The notes under the pieces: generated by a model | The model's input: the letters and a program-made list of their open reading frames with translations, nothing else | What the model was told of the DNA's origin: nothing | Databases searched by the model: none | Made by a program: the position numbers and the translations under genes | DNA from: Mobula hypostoma | Taxonomy: Eukaryota | Direction: 5' to 3' | NCBI RefSeq assembly: GCF_963921235.1 | Contig: NC_086118.1 | Coordinates: 26,042,001-26,106,000 of the forward strand | Length of the DNA: 64,000 bases | Part shown: positions 39,245 through 50,416 of the stretch, piece after piece | Numbering within the stretch: the stretch's first letter is position 1 | How the letters are laid out: each line of letters begins with the position of its first letter

Positions 39245-39920
39245 ATTGAACATAGGACAGCTCAACACAGGAACAGAGCCTTTGGAATGAGATGCCTGTG
39301 CTGACCATGATATCAGATTAAATCAACCCCATCTGCTTGTTCATGTGCCACTTAAATGCTTGTATCTGCATCCACCACTAACCCTGGCAGTGCATACATT
39401 CCAGGCACCAACTTGAGTCTTTGTACAAAAAAGGGAACCTGCTCATAAGTCTACTTTAATCATTCCCCCTCTTGTACTAAAGCTGTGTTCTCTAGTACTT
39501 GTCATTTCTACTCTGGCAAAAAGACTATCTACCCTATCGGTACTGCTCATGATTTTATAAACCTATATATGGTCTCCACTCAGACAGAAATCTATCTAAA
39601 TTTGGCCAGCATTAAAGTGTACATTAAAGTCTAAAGTGTACAGCATTCTGTGCAGAAAAGATTCACCACTCTCCAAACCCTCCACATCCTTCCTGTATTG
39701 TGGTGATAGGAAATGCTCACAATACTCCAAATGTGGCTTTATCAAAAGATTTATACAGCCGCAACATGACTTCCTGACTCTTGTACTCAGTGCCCCAAAT
39801 GATGAGGGCCAATATGCCTCATGCCTTCTTTGCCACCCTACTTAATTGTGTTGTTACTTTCAGGAACCAAAGTGGACTTGGACCTCAAGAACCCTCTGTA
39901 CATCAATACCCCAGAGGTCT
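39245..39920 (-). mobile_element. Degraded CR1 3' fragment
   Basis: ctctccaaaccctccacatccttcctgt and aatactccaaatgtggc motifs, shared with the 3711-4540 CR1. Confidence 0.7.
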
Positions 39921-40539
39921 TGAGTAAGATTGTTATAAAGGTGTCCCTTTTTCACAATGGCTGTAATTTTTGAAGTAATTAGAATCTTTCAAAAACACCC
40001 ACATCCTTGGTTGACTTTACCCAGGACAGCCAGCAGACTAGTGCATGCAAACTCTCTAATAGCCCAGCTACCGATGTTCGTGGATAGAAAATCAACAATA
40101 GTAACAGTACACCATACCTTTAACAAAGATAAAATATACTTCTCTATATTCTGAAGTACAAATATAGAAAAATTATGTTTTGCCACCCAAAATTGGTTAG
40201 GGCTTGACAAACATGGAATCTGGTCTCATTTATTTATTTATTTGTATGTATTTGCACAGTTTATTGTCTTTAGCATATTGGTTGTTTCTCCATCCTGTTG
40301 GGTGCAGTCTTTCAGTGATTCTATTGATTCTTGGATTTATTGCGATATGCCGACAGGAAAACAAATCTCAGGGTTGTATATGGTGATGTATATTAACTAT
40401 GAACTATTAACTAAATGTGTCTGGGCCCGGAGTGTATTGTCCAGGGTTTTTCTGCATTTTGGATTTGGACTTCAGACTACAGTCTCTATTTTTCAGTCTT
40501 ATAGTTTTTACATTTGTGCTTTTTTGCCCGATGATCTTG

Positions 40540-40870
40540 ATATTTTTTTGTGGGTGGTGGGGGATTTGGGGAGTCAATGTGGCTGATCCATTTTGTTCAT
40601 TTTTTGTGCAGTGAGGGGGATTTGGGGATCGATGAGGCTGTTCCATTCTTGTGCAGGACAAGGGATTTGGGGGGTCAATGTGCCTGATCCATTTTGCTCG
40701 TTCTTTGAGTGGGAGAGGGGACTTAGGGTTTGATGCGCCAGCTCCGTTTTTGTTTGTTCTTTTTTTGTGGGGAGGTGGGACTTTCGGTTGACATGCCTGT
40801 TCCGTTTTTATTCATTCTTTTTTTGTGGGCAGGTGGGATTTGGCGGGGGTTGATGATAATGCTGCCTTTC
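40540..40870 (+). repeat. Degenerate minisatellite (~45-60 bp unit, ~6 copies) within a retroelement-like 3' end
   Basis: Recurrent gggatttgggg...tgatccattttg / tgttccgttttt units, followed by an aataaataaa tail at ~40940. Confidence 0.6.
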
Positions 40871-42210
40871 GTTTCTTCTTCTTTCTTGGTTTCATGGCTA
40901 CCTGGAGAACTGAAGGATTTCAGAGGTGCACAATTTGATAATAAATAAAACTCTGTACCTTTGAATTGAAATTAATCCAGTCAACCAATTTAGGATGAGG
41001 ACTCAGATTCTCTGGTGCTGCATACCACTGGAATTATACCCGATTTCAAGCAATTTCCTCGTTTTTTCCCTATTGAAACTAGTTCTGAATGCTTCACACA
41101 GAAGACTGTTTTGCAATTGCAGATCAGTTAGAGATCTGGATGTATAGCTCTTCATCACCCCTAGTGGCTACATTGGGTAGTGTAGCCAAGGGCTGAAGAT
41201 TTGCCAATATTGTTCATTAATATAAATATGGTATCTGTTACAATAGATGCACAAATAGAAATTTACATGTGACTATGTTGAGATTTTATGTACTTCAGCT
41301 TCAGGCACTAACTCTATGGGTGTACTTTGATTTTATAGAGCTGAGGCTTTCAAGCAATGTGATACATTATGTAACTTACTATTGTGTTTGATTTAATGCA
41401 GAATTCAAGAAGCTCTGTTAACCAGATTGAGGTGTCATTCAGTGTCGTATCTGTTTGAAAAATCAATATCACCACTAAGTGGTGATCTAGGGAAACAACA
41501 TCTCAATGTTTAGGAATAAAACTGTCTTGTAAAATGTTAACTATGATCACAGATTAAGAGGGAAGAATAATATGACAATAACTCATGCAGTCAGCTCTAT
41601 GCTCCGTCTCATCATATATCTCATTACCCACCACTGAAGTGTGTGCCTGTCACCATCTGTGCTGAACTAATATCCAATATCTTAATCAATGCACACACAG
41701 CCTGTCTTCTCAACAACTACCTCCCCACCACCACCACATCAAGCCAACCCAGCATCACTCCCATCACTGAAGCTGAGGTAAATTAATGTCTTTTTTTCCC
41801 CCCAACAAGAATGCTACCTCCTCGTTCTCTCCAAGATTTTGCCTGGGCCATGGTTCAAAGTGGATCCATGCCTATTACCCTGCTCAAATGTATGTTCTCT
41901 GAGGCTGGTCGCCAACTTGTGGGCCAAGACAGATGAACTTGGGCTTGTCCTGAGCTGTTAAACACAAGTGCGCTTTGGAATTGGACTGTGATCAGGAAAG
42001 GGAAATCCAGTTCACTGAAACCGATTACAGGTATATTTGCGGCTACCAAGAGCCAACACTTAATAAGGGACCAAACTTGAAAAGACTCATATTTGGCATT
42101 CACCACCTGATATACATTTTGTCTGAATAATTGTGTTAGCTACTATGATATTTGTAAAATCTCGGCAGAATCAATCGTTATCTTGAGCAAAAGAAATACT
42201 GACATTGAAC

Positions 42211-42412
42211 ATCAAAGTTGCTGGTGAATGCAGCAGGCCAGGCAGCATCTCTAGGAAGAGGTACAGTCGACATTTCAGGCCGAGACCCTTCGTCAGGACT
42301 AACTGACAGTTGACTGTACCTCTTCCTAGAGATGCTGCCTGGCCTGCTGCGTTCACCAGCAACTTTGATGTGTGTTGCTTGAATTTCCAGCATCTGCAGA
42401 ATTCCTGTTGTT
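42211..42412. mobile_element. Young palindromic Penelope-derived insertion
   Basis: 63-bp inverted arms at 42209-42271 and 42309-42371 (61/63 match). Perfect 14-bp TSD TACTGACATTGAAC at 42197-42210 and 42413-42426. Nearly identical to 9232-9363. Confidence 0.88.
42265..42300 (-). ncRNA. Minimal type I hammerhead ribozyme motif, sense to the PIK3R5 pre-mRNA
   Basis: AGUC-CUGACGA-AGGGUCUCGGCCU-GAAAU-GUC-GACU; a single C>U difference from the 9237 copy. Confidence 0.65.
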
Positions 42413-42599
42413 TACTGACATTGAACTCTAGTATTAAACCCGTAACACTGACGTGATTTTGACTGAGGTAGAAAATCATAAGACAAAAGGTCTGCAAAAA
42501 TAAACTGTTTGATAGACTTACTTGCATCCAGTGAATTGCTAACTGCTGCATGAAATATGAGGGTGGGAGGAACCAGTAGCATGTCCCGGTCCAACTACA

Positions 42600-43705
42600 G
42601 AGATGTCACGACCACGAAAGCTCACCAATGCCTCTATTTCCTCAGGTGGCATGTCCACATCAACCCTAGCCAATTTTTGTTGATTCACCATAGAATGCAT
42701 CCTCTCTGAATGCATAAGGTCTTGATACGGCAATTGCTCTGCATGTGACCACAAGAAACTGCAGAAGGTTGTGGCCACTGCTCAGTACATGATGGAATCT
42801 AGCCTTCCGCTTTGTGTAATACTTCCCACTGTCTCAGTAAATCAGCCGGCACCATCATAGGCTTCACCCAGCCCAGACATTCTCTCTGCTCTCCTTTTCC
42901 ATTCAGCAGAAGATAAAAAAGACTGAGAACATATACAACCAGACTGAAGGACAGCTTCTATCCTACTGTTATAAAACAACTAAATAGGTCCTGAGTATGA
43001 TAAATTGGACTCTTGGCCTCACAATCTACATTATGATTTGCATCTTATTTTTTCCTGCACTGCACTTTCTCTGTAGCTTTACACTTCATTCTACATTGTC
43101 ATTCATCTCAATGTCCTGTATAATGATCAAATCTGTATAAAAAGTGTGCAAGATAAGCTTTTCACTCTACCACAGTACATGTTATGTACAAAGACAGCAA
43201 CATGAACTTCCTCTGTGTTATCATTTCAGAGGATCTGTCCTAGGCCCAGCACGTTCAGTGCCATTATAAAGAAAGCGTGACAACACCTCTACTTCCTTCG
43301 AAGCTTGCAAAGATTCAGCATGACTTTTAAAACTTTGACACACTTCTACAGATGTATGGTGGAGAGTACCTTGACTACTTGCATCATGGGCTGGTATGGA
43401 AACACCAATGCCCTCGAACGGAAAATCAGAAGTAGTGAATATGGCCCACTCCGTCGCAGGTAAAGCCCTCCCCACCACTGAGTACATCTAAACAGAGCAT
43501 TGTTGCAGGAGAGCAGCATCCACCATCAAGGATCCCACCACGTAGACCGTGCTCTCTTCTCACTGCTGCCATCATGAAGGAGATACAGGAGCCTCAGGAA
43601 TAGTTATTACCCTTCAACCATCGTGCTCTTAAACAGAAGAAATAACATCACTCGACCTATCATTGAATTGTTCCCACAATCTTTGGACTCATTTTCAAGG
43701 GCTCC
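42600..43705 (+). mobile_element. Two adjacent degraded Rex1/L2-like LINE 3' fragments
   Basis: CTIECILSECI..W.G and RLKDSFYP motifs at 42600-43185, then a second copy at 43190-43705. Confidence 0.7.
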
Positions 43706-44994
43706 AACTGGAATTCCATAGTCATAGAATTATACAGCACAGAAGCAAATTGCCCAACCAAGTTGCCTATCTGAGCTAGCCCCATTTTACCTGTGGTTGG
43801 CTCAAGGACCAGAAGATTAAGGAGGTGCCTGCACTTGGCAGTAGGACAAGGAGATTTAAAACAAAGAAATTAAAAATATATTTTTTTTCTGAAGGCTATT
43901 AAGGCATAAACCAGTACTGTTTGTTCAAACTTAATGTACTCAAAGTTGTTAAGAATTTAGGAACTTGTTAATTTCATGCCCTTATAATGGTTTCCATTGT
44001 CATTGCTTGATCAACACAGATTTAATAACACTAGTAATATTGTAGAAAATTTATAGCAAATCATTGGGAAGGTTAGATAATAAATAATGGTGGTGCAGCA
44101 TCAACTGAAAGGAAAAAGTCTGAAGCCTAGTTGTTCTGATCTGGGTTATTTTAATATTGTTCACTTTTCTGTAATGAAGATTGTGTTGATCAGAAAATCC
44201 CAGCTCACCCTTGCAAAGCTGCTACCCCAACCCCGCCCTATTCAGATGCTAACGGTTCTCCTCAAAAATTATCACATCTTTTGCCTTCATTCCAAGTTTA
44301 TGCAGATGGCATGATTCTACAAAGATGTTTCCATGTATTGGGGAATTGAGAACAAAAGTTCAATCTTCTATTTAAGATTGAGATTAAGGAAGAACTTCTT
44401 TTACTATCCCAAAGAATTCTGGAGGGCAAATCACTCAATGCAACTCTCCCCTGCCTAGCAGACACTCACTTGATGAATCTTTGCGACAACGAGGGGTTTT
44501 GTTTAATTTATTTTAGCACATATCAAGGTTTGATTCATTGCATTTAGGGACGTGAGAGCATTTGGAGACTATCTTTCAAACACTGGTCCCTGAACATCAG
44601 TTGTATTTAATTGTCAGGTCAGTGGAAAGGAGATTGTTATATGAAGAAGGCTTTTAAAATGGTGAAAACAGCTCTCTTGAACACCCGTGCTCTTCCACCT
44701 GGCAATAATGGCCATTTGATGAATGAATTGCATCTCTCAGCTTATCAAATCAAGTACCGTTTGCTTTTGATGCACTTCATCCTTAAAATGAGGAGCGACT
44801 AGCCCTTGACTTTTCCACCATCCATGGCAGCTGATAGCTGAACAGCAAACAGAACATTACCAGCACAACACATGATTGTGTGATTTGCGACTCTCAGAAT
44901 CCATGGCTGTTTTACAGCATATACGCCTTGAAAGTTGAGGTTTACTGTACCTTCTGGTAGAGATTTTTGCAATACAAATGATTATTTGTGAACT

Positions 44995-45500
44995 TTACCT
45001 TTCCATTAACCAGGAGGGGGCTCTACAATCATGTCTGAGATGATTTTTCTGTCCGACGGGAGAGTTAGAGATTGCGAGGAACAGGTAGGGGAGTGATGAT
45101 GAGGTCAAGATTAAGTCAGTCATTATTCTACCTAAGACAGAAGTGACCAATCTGGAGCGATGGGCAGGAAGAATTAAGTAGGTCAATGTCTCTGCATTAG
45201 GACTGAGTAGGAAGAGAGCAGACAGCTGATATAAAACTAGAGTGGGGGTGGGGAGAGAGTGATGATTAGTTTACTGTGGGGAGAGCGAGGTGGGGGGGAG
45301 GTGTTTGATGGTGGGCAAATTAAGCCAAGTAGGGGAAGGGGCAGGGTTGTGAGACAAAAGACAAGTGTATGGTGAATGGAGGCAGACAAAAAGAAAGAGA
45401 GTGGAGCTAGACTGGGTGAGGGGAGGCTAGAGATGAAGACCGCAGCTGAAGAATAGAAGCTGGAACAGAAAAGCTACCTATGCTGAAATCTAATAAGTAC
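44995..45500 (-). mobile_element. Old Penelope-like 3' UTR remnant
   Basis: Purine-rich tract on the plus strand, complementary to the pyrimidine-rich UTR type seen at 8940-9230. Confidence 0.4.
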
Positions 45501-45669
45501 AGAAGGTGATAATTATTTTGTTGAACATTGGAGGAAGATTAAAAAGTCAATATGGCCTATGAAAATGCTTCTAATTCTTACCTTCACAGCACTTCTTGCT
45601 CTATGTGCTTGCAATAGGTTTGGAGCATAAAATGCAAATTATTCATGATGTTGGCAATGAATTACATAC

Positions 45670-45823
45670 CTGATTTTGCGAGAAGCCCGTATCTTTCTTT
45701 AAACTCCTCTAATTTGGCCACTAAATGTTCTTTGGCTTTGGTAACGTCCTTCGTAGTAGCTGCAATTTCCATAGTATCAGAACAGTTTGAAAAAATTTCC
45801 AGGAGTTCACTTGCAGTTTTACA
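45670..45823 (-). CDS. PIK3R5: PIK3R5 exon (CKTASELLEIFSNCSDTMEIAATTKDVTKAKEHLVAKLEEFKERYGLLAKS)
   Basis: 154 bp, polypyrimidine tract plus tccag, gtatg donor, phases compatible. Aligns with p101 AKTLAELEDIF...RTKLQAVGEKAGF. Confidence 0.92.
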
Positions 45824-46913
45824 CTGGAAAAAAAAGGCAGAACAGTTTCATGTACAATTAATGTAAGGAATATTGTTACTGATAAGGTTAAGTAGTAATA
45901 GATCTACCACAACTTAATAACAAATAACCACTTGACTGTTCACATGGATGCAAAATGAAACATCAGAGTTTGCCTGCTAAAATGACCCATGTTTATTGTG
46001 GATCTAGCATCAGTAATATAGATGTTACTGGTCCCTCTTGTGGGCTCCTGCTACGTGCCATTTGGCAACCATATTGATTGCAAAATGTTGCTGATCACTC
46101 TTCAGAAGTAGGGTTGCCTCTTTCTCAAGGATGAATTGAAGGGAAGTGGCTCCAGCTAATGACCAGACGGGGAGCCAAAACTCAGCTTTAAAAATATAGG
46201 TGAAAGGGAAATCAAATTCTTCAGCAATGGTGAAGACTAGTGAGAAACTATAGCTGATAACTAGTGACAGTGGCCGTGGGTAGGGGCACATTGCCATTAA
46301 ACCAGCACTTGCAGAAGCTCCATTGTAAATACCACATGTCAGCCAACACCATTGGTCCCTGAGAACACCACATGCCAACCAACACCATTGGCCCTTGACA
46401 TTGACTGTGCAAGACGACTCTTCCATTCCAGAATCAGATTACTTCACATCCTATGGAAATGCTATGCATGAAACTCCCTCCACAACCTACATGGATGGAA
46501 GTGGGCCAGTGAAAAACCAGTTTTGGTCATTCTGAGGTTATTGGGATTGATGGAAATGCCAGTTTTTATTGGCATTGGCATAGTATAGTCACATGTACCA
46601 AAAGTAACCTTGAGTACTGCTCACACAGGTCAAATCATTATGCTGTGCATTGAGCTAGAATAAGGTAAGCAATAACAATCCAGAATAAAGTGCAAAAGCT
46701 ACTGAAAAAAAAGTGCAGGTAAATGAAAAAATGCAAGATCATAACGAGGTAGATCGTGAAGCCAAGAATCCACCTTATCGTACAAATCTACAGATTGATC
46801 TTCAGAGTTGTTACAATCAGAATCAGGTTGAATATCATTATGTCGTGAAATTTGTTGTTTTGTGGTAGCAGTACATTGCAATACATAGCAATAAAAACCA
46901 TAAATTACAAGTA

Positions 46914-47180
46914 CAGTACTGTGCAAAAGTCCTAAGCACATGTAAAAAAAAGCTAGTGCAAAGATGCTTTCAAAAATAATGAAATGAAAAGTTTCTAAAT
47001 ATCAAAAAATTTACTATAAAGAACAGTTAAAAAGTAAATCAACTCAGTATTTGGTGTGACCATGCTTTGTCTTTAAAACTGCATCAATTCTCTCAGGTAC
47101 ACCATCGTGCAGTTTTATGAGAAAATCAGCTGGTAGGTTGTTCCAAGCATTTGGAAAACTTGCCACAGTTCTTCTCTGTA
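46914..47180 (+). mobile_element. Tc1/mariner transposon terminal fragment
   Basis: TA followed by the TIR cagtactgtgcaaaagtc, then Tc1-like subterminal sequence (tcagtatttggtgtgacc...). Confidence 0.75.
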
Positions 47181-47836
47181 GACCAAAAACTGTTCTCTAC
47201 ATTATTTGAGGATTTCACCATCGGAGGATTGCTTTATTTCTGTGAGTTGAACTCTGGATCACCGGTGCAAATTGAATTCTAGTCCAGTAAAGCAACCACT
47301 GGCCATGATGCAATTTGAAATTAAATAAATGCATTACACTAGATCAGAATCTTACACAACAAGTCCTCAGTAATACTGTATCAGGGCATATCCCAAAAGT
47401 GGACAGCTCTTACTCAGGGTTTTGTTACTTGTGGTTCTTTCATACAGTCAACATTCAACAAATATTGGACACAGGTGACCTGACCTACTGAGTTCTTCTC
47501 GTGTTCCTCTTCTTACTTCACATTTTTGTCATCTGTAATGTTTTATTTTGAAAGGACAATGCAGGTTGGTTCATTCAGTTACCTGTCTCTTTTTCTGTGT
47601 CAATATTCATATTTGATTTATTTCATCTACATGCTTTTGGCCTTCAGCATTAACATAAATCTACCTCACATTATTCTATGAGTGAGTAACATCCGGACTG
47701 AGTCAATGTGATCATATTATATAACCTTAATAAAAATTCTGCTGCTCTTCTCAAGGGTGTATTATTATTTAAAATCACCGTCATCACATAATGGAATCAT
47801 TTCATATTCATTCCCATTAACAGGAAGCTTCTTTAC

Positions 47837-48011
47837 CTCAAGGGCACTTTGAATATCATTCAAGTTGTACTTAGCACCAAAAACTGCCTGGTACATGTGC
47901 TTAATCAGGGTGATGTAAGAATCTCCTGGGGGCTGACGTTTGCTGCTTATCTTCTTGGCGACTGACATAAAGTCACTGGATACTTCAGAGGAATTAAGCA
48001 GAAGGACTGTT
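47837..48011 (-). CDS. PIK3R5: PIK3R5 exon (TVLLLNSSEV...HMYQAVFGAKYNLNDIQSALE)
   Basis: 175 bp, ttacag/gtaaag. Matches p101 TVLLLNPVEV...HAFQATFGA. Confidence 0.95.
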
Positions 48012-49204
48012 CTGTAAGGGAGAGAAAAGAAAAATATATATGAGGTCTCAGGCACACATTCAATTGCCATGACAATAAAGGATTTGAAGAAAAATATTTG
48101 GAAAAGGTGTCTTTATTTTTGACATTAAATCTAATTTAACTGGAAGCTGTTGCATGAAAAAAGTAGCAAAGAATCAAGACTTGCCGGCTGTGAGTTGGGT
48201 GTGTCAAGGGGCCAAGCATTCTGTTACTTCAGCACTGAATTACTGTTTCAAATCTAGCTTAGTCTATTCATCCTGACTGCTAACGTAAATAATGAAGACA
48301 AAGATGCGTCCAAACCAGGGTTCATCCCTGAGATGTTATACTTGAGAAGTTGAAAGATTCAGTCTGAAGAAAACATTGTGGAAATTTAAAATTCAGTGAT
48401 AGGGGGACTGATGCCTGAGCTAAGACATGGAGCTCCAAACAACAGAGCTGACTGCTTGAAGTAGCTGAAAGAATACAATTAAACTTGGAAATCCTTTATT
48501 TAATTGCCACTTTAGTTCTGGTCTTGTTCCTCTGTGTCCTTAGCTGATATTGTAAGACTTTAGAAGGAAATGCACCTGCTGGAATTTCTGCCATGTTAAG
48601 GTGGCGCTCTGTAGTGGGTTGCCATGTTGGAGCTGATTGGAGATATTAGGGCAGAGATGGTAGAAAATCTGGGAGGGATGAACAGAATTTGGAGCTGGGG
48701 TCCAGGCGGGATTGTCAGAAGAAAAAGGCACCAATAGGAACTGGGGTTGAGGATGGTCAGTCGTGCAAATTAATGTTAGTGAGGAATAGGGGTTGGATGC
48801 TTTCATCAGGTCAATCGAGCGTGGGAAGTGTCATCTGTATGATGCATGGGAGAAGCCTGCAGAACACAGAAGTGGAAGGGTGAGGGGAAACTTGGGAAGT
48901 TGTTAAGAATGCTGAGAAAACTACAAAACTGAATTCAATAATTTTGTGAGAAAATGATGAGCAGTTTTTAAACAATGGTGGAGGAGGCTTCAGTTCTCTC
49001 CTGCGCACAATGTCAAAACACCTGTGGTTTGTTTTTCTCATCATTGTACATGCTTAGAAATCTCCGTCTACTCCTTTACTATATACAGATAACCCAGACT
49101 CAATTTGTCGAAGTATATCGTGCACAAAAGAACCAAGGGTCCAGAAAGTGTGGTGGCTCTTTCAAGGTATGAAACAATTGCTAGTACCCTCAAATTAAGC
49201 TGGC

Positions 49205-49375
49205 ATAACAACAGAAAATGCAGGAGGCCAGGCAGCATTTATGGAGAGAGAAACAGAGTTAACATTTCAGGTTCATGGCCATTCATCAGAACCAGATGAA
49301 AAGACCTTTAACTCTGTTTCTCAGCTACTACCTGACCTACTGAGTGCTTCCAGCATTTTCTACTGTTAGTTCAGA
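49205..49375. mobile_element. Older palindromic Penelope-derived remnant
   Basis: Inverted arms; the minus strand reads CUGAUGA...GAAAUGUU with a disrupted stem II. Confidence 0.6.
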
Positions 49376-50346
49376 TACTCAAAAAGCATATTTTTTTTTA
49401 CATTTCCATTCTTTACATTGGGATAAATGGTTTACAGCATTCCCAGAAAGTTTTAGAAAGCAGATAACTAGACTCAAGGTAAAATGCGCCCATGTTATGT
49501 TCAAAAACATTACACTATTCCAAAATTTCTAGTCTGTAATTTTTCAAAGCAAACATTGTATGAATAATTTAAAAACACAGAACTTTGAATTAAAATAGAA
49601 TTCAATAACTGAAGTTGCATAAGGATCCACTGGAACAGTAAGCCTCAAGATTTCATTAAACTGGTTTAAGTTCATAAAAGGTTAAAAATTTCAAATCCAG
49701 AACAATTAATTTTTTCAAAGGAGAAGCTATGCATTCAATAAGAAAGCAATGCAACAAGGCCAGTAGATGGCAGAATTGAGACAAAAAAAAAGTATTCAAG
49801 GACTTTCACAAATAGATCATTGCTGCATTTTTCCTCCATAATGACAATGGCCTTATTTGATGCAGGGTTGTGACCGGAAATATCACCCATCTCTCTGACT
49901 TACAGATGGTGTCTGACCAGTTGAGTCCTTGCAGCAGTTTCTTTTTTTTACTGCGGATTACAGTATCTACCCTCACTGGGATCTCAATCATACTTCGATA
50001 TTGAGTATTCATTGGGTGGCTGCCCAGAGCAATGTAAAATTGTATTGTTTTGAATTTCTAAATATGTGCACCCAAGTAGGTGAAATGTTATAATTCAGAT
50101 CTGCTTATAAGCCATCATGTACACTGCCACTTAGAACTTCCTTTAGCACAGGGAAAGGAAAAGCACATACAGAAACATGTAAAGAAATTTATCCTGTTAT
50201 GTTGCAAACATCTCATTGCTCCGCTCCCCTCAATAGAACATACTTTGACAAGGTCAAAAAAAAAGGGACGATCTAGTCAGATTGAAGTATTTGGCCATGA
50301 TGTTACATTTATGTTGAAAGTACTCCTTGAAGCAGTTGGCCCTTAC

Positions 50347-50416
50347 AGTGTTTTATTTTGAAGATTTTTCGTTGTCAATCCTTGTTCGGCTCTCACCAGC
50401 CTCTGGAATGAGATTC
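50347..50416 (-). CDS. PIK3R5: PIK3R5 exon (ISFQRLVRAEQGLTTKNLQNKT)
   Basis: 70 bp, tttag/gtaag, phase 1 to 2. Matches p101 ISYQRLVRAEQGL. Confidence 0.95.

Noticed and set aside
46025..46426. 133-aa minus ORF with a short internal repeat (QWCWLACG/QWCWLTCG)
   Set aside because: A local ~33-bp duplication with no splice or homology support. The PIK3R5 frame is complete without it.
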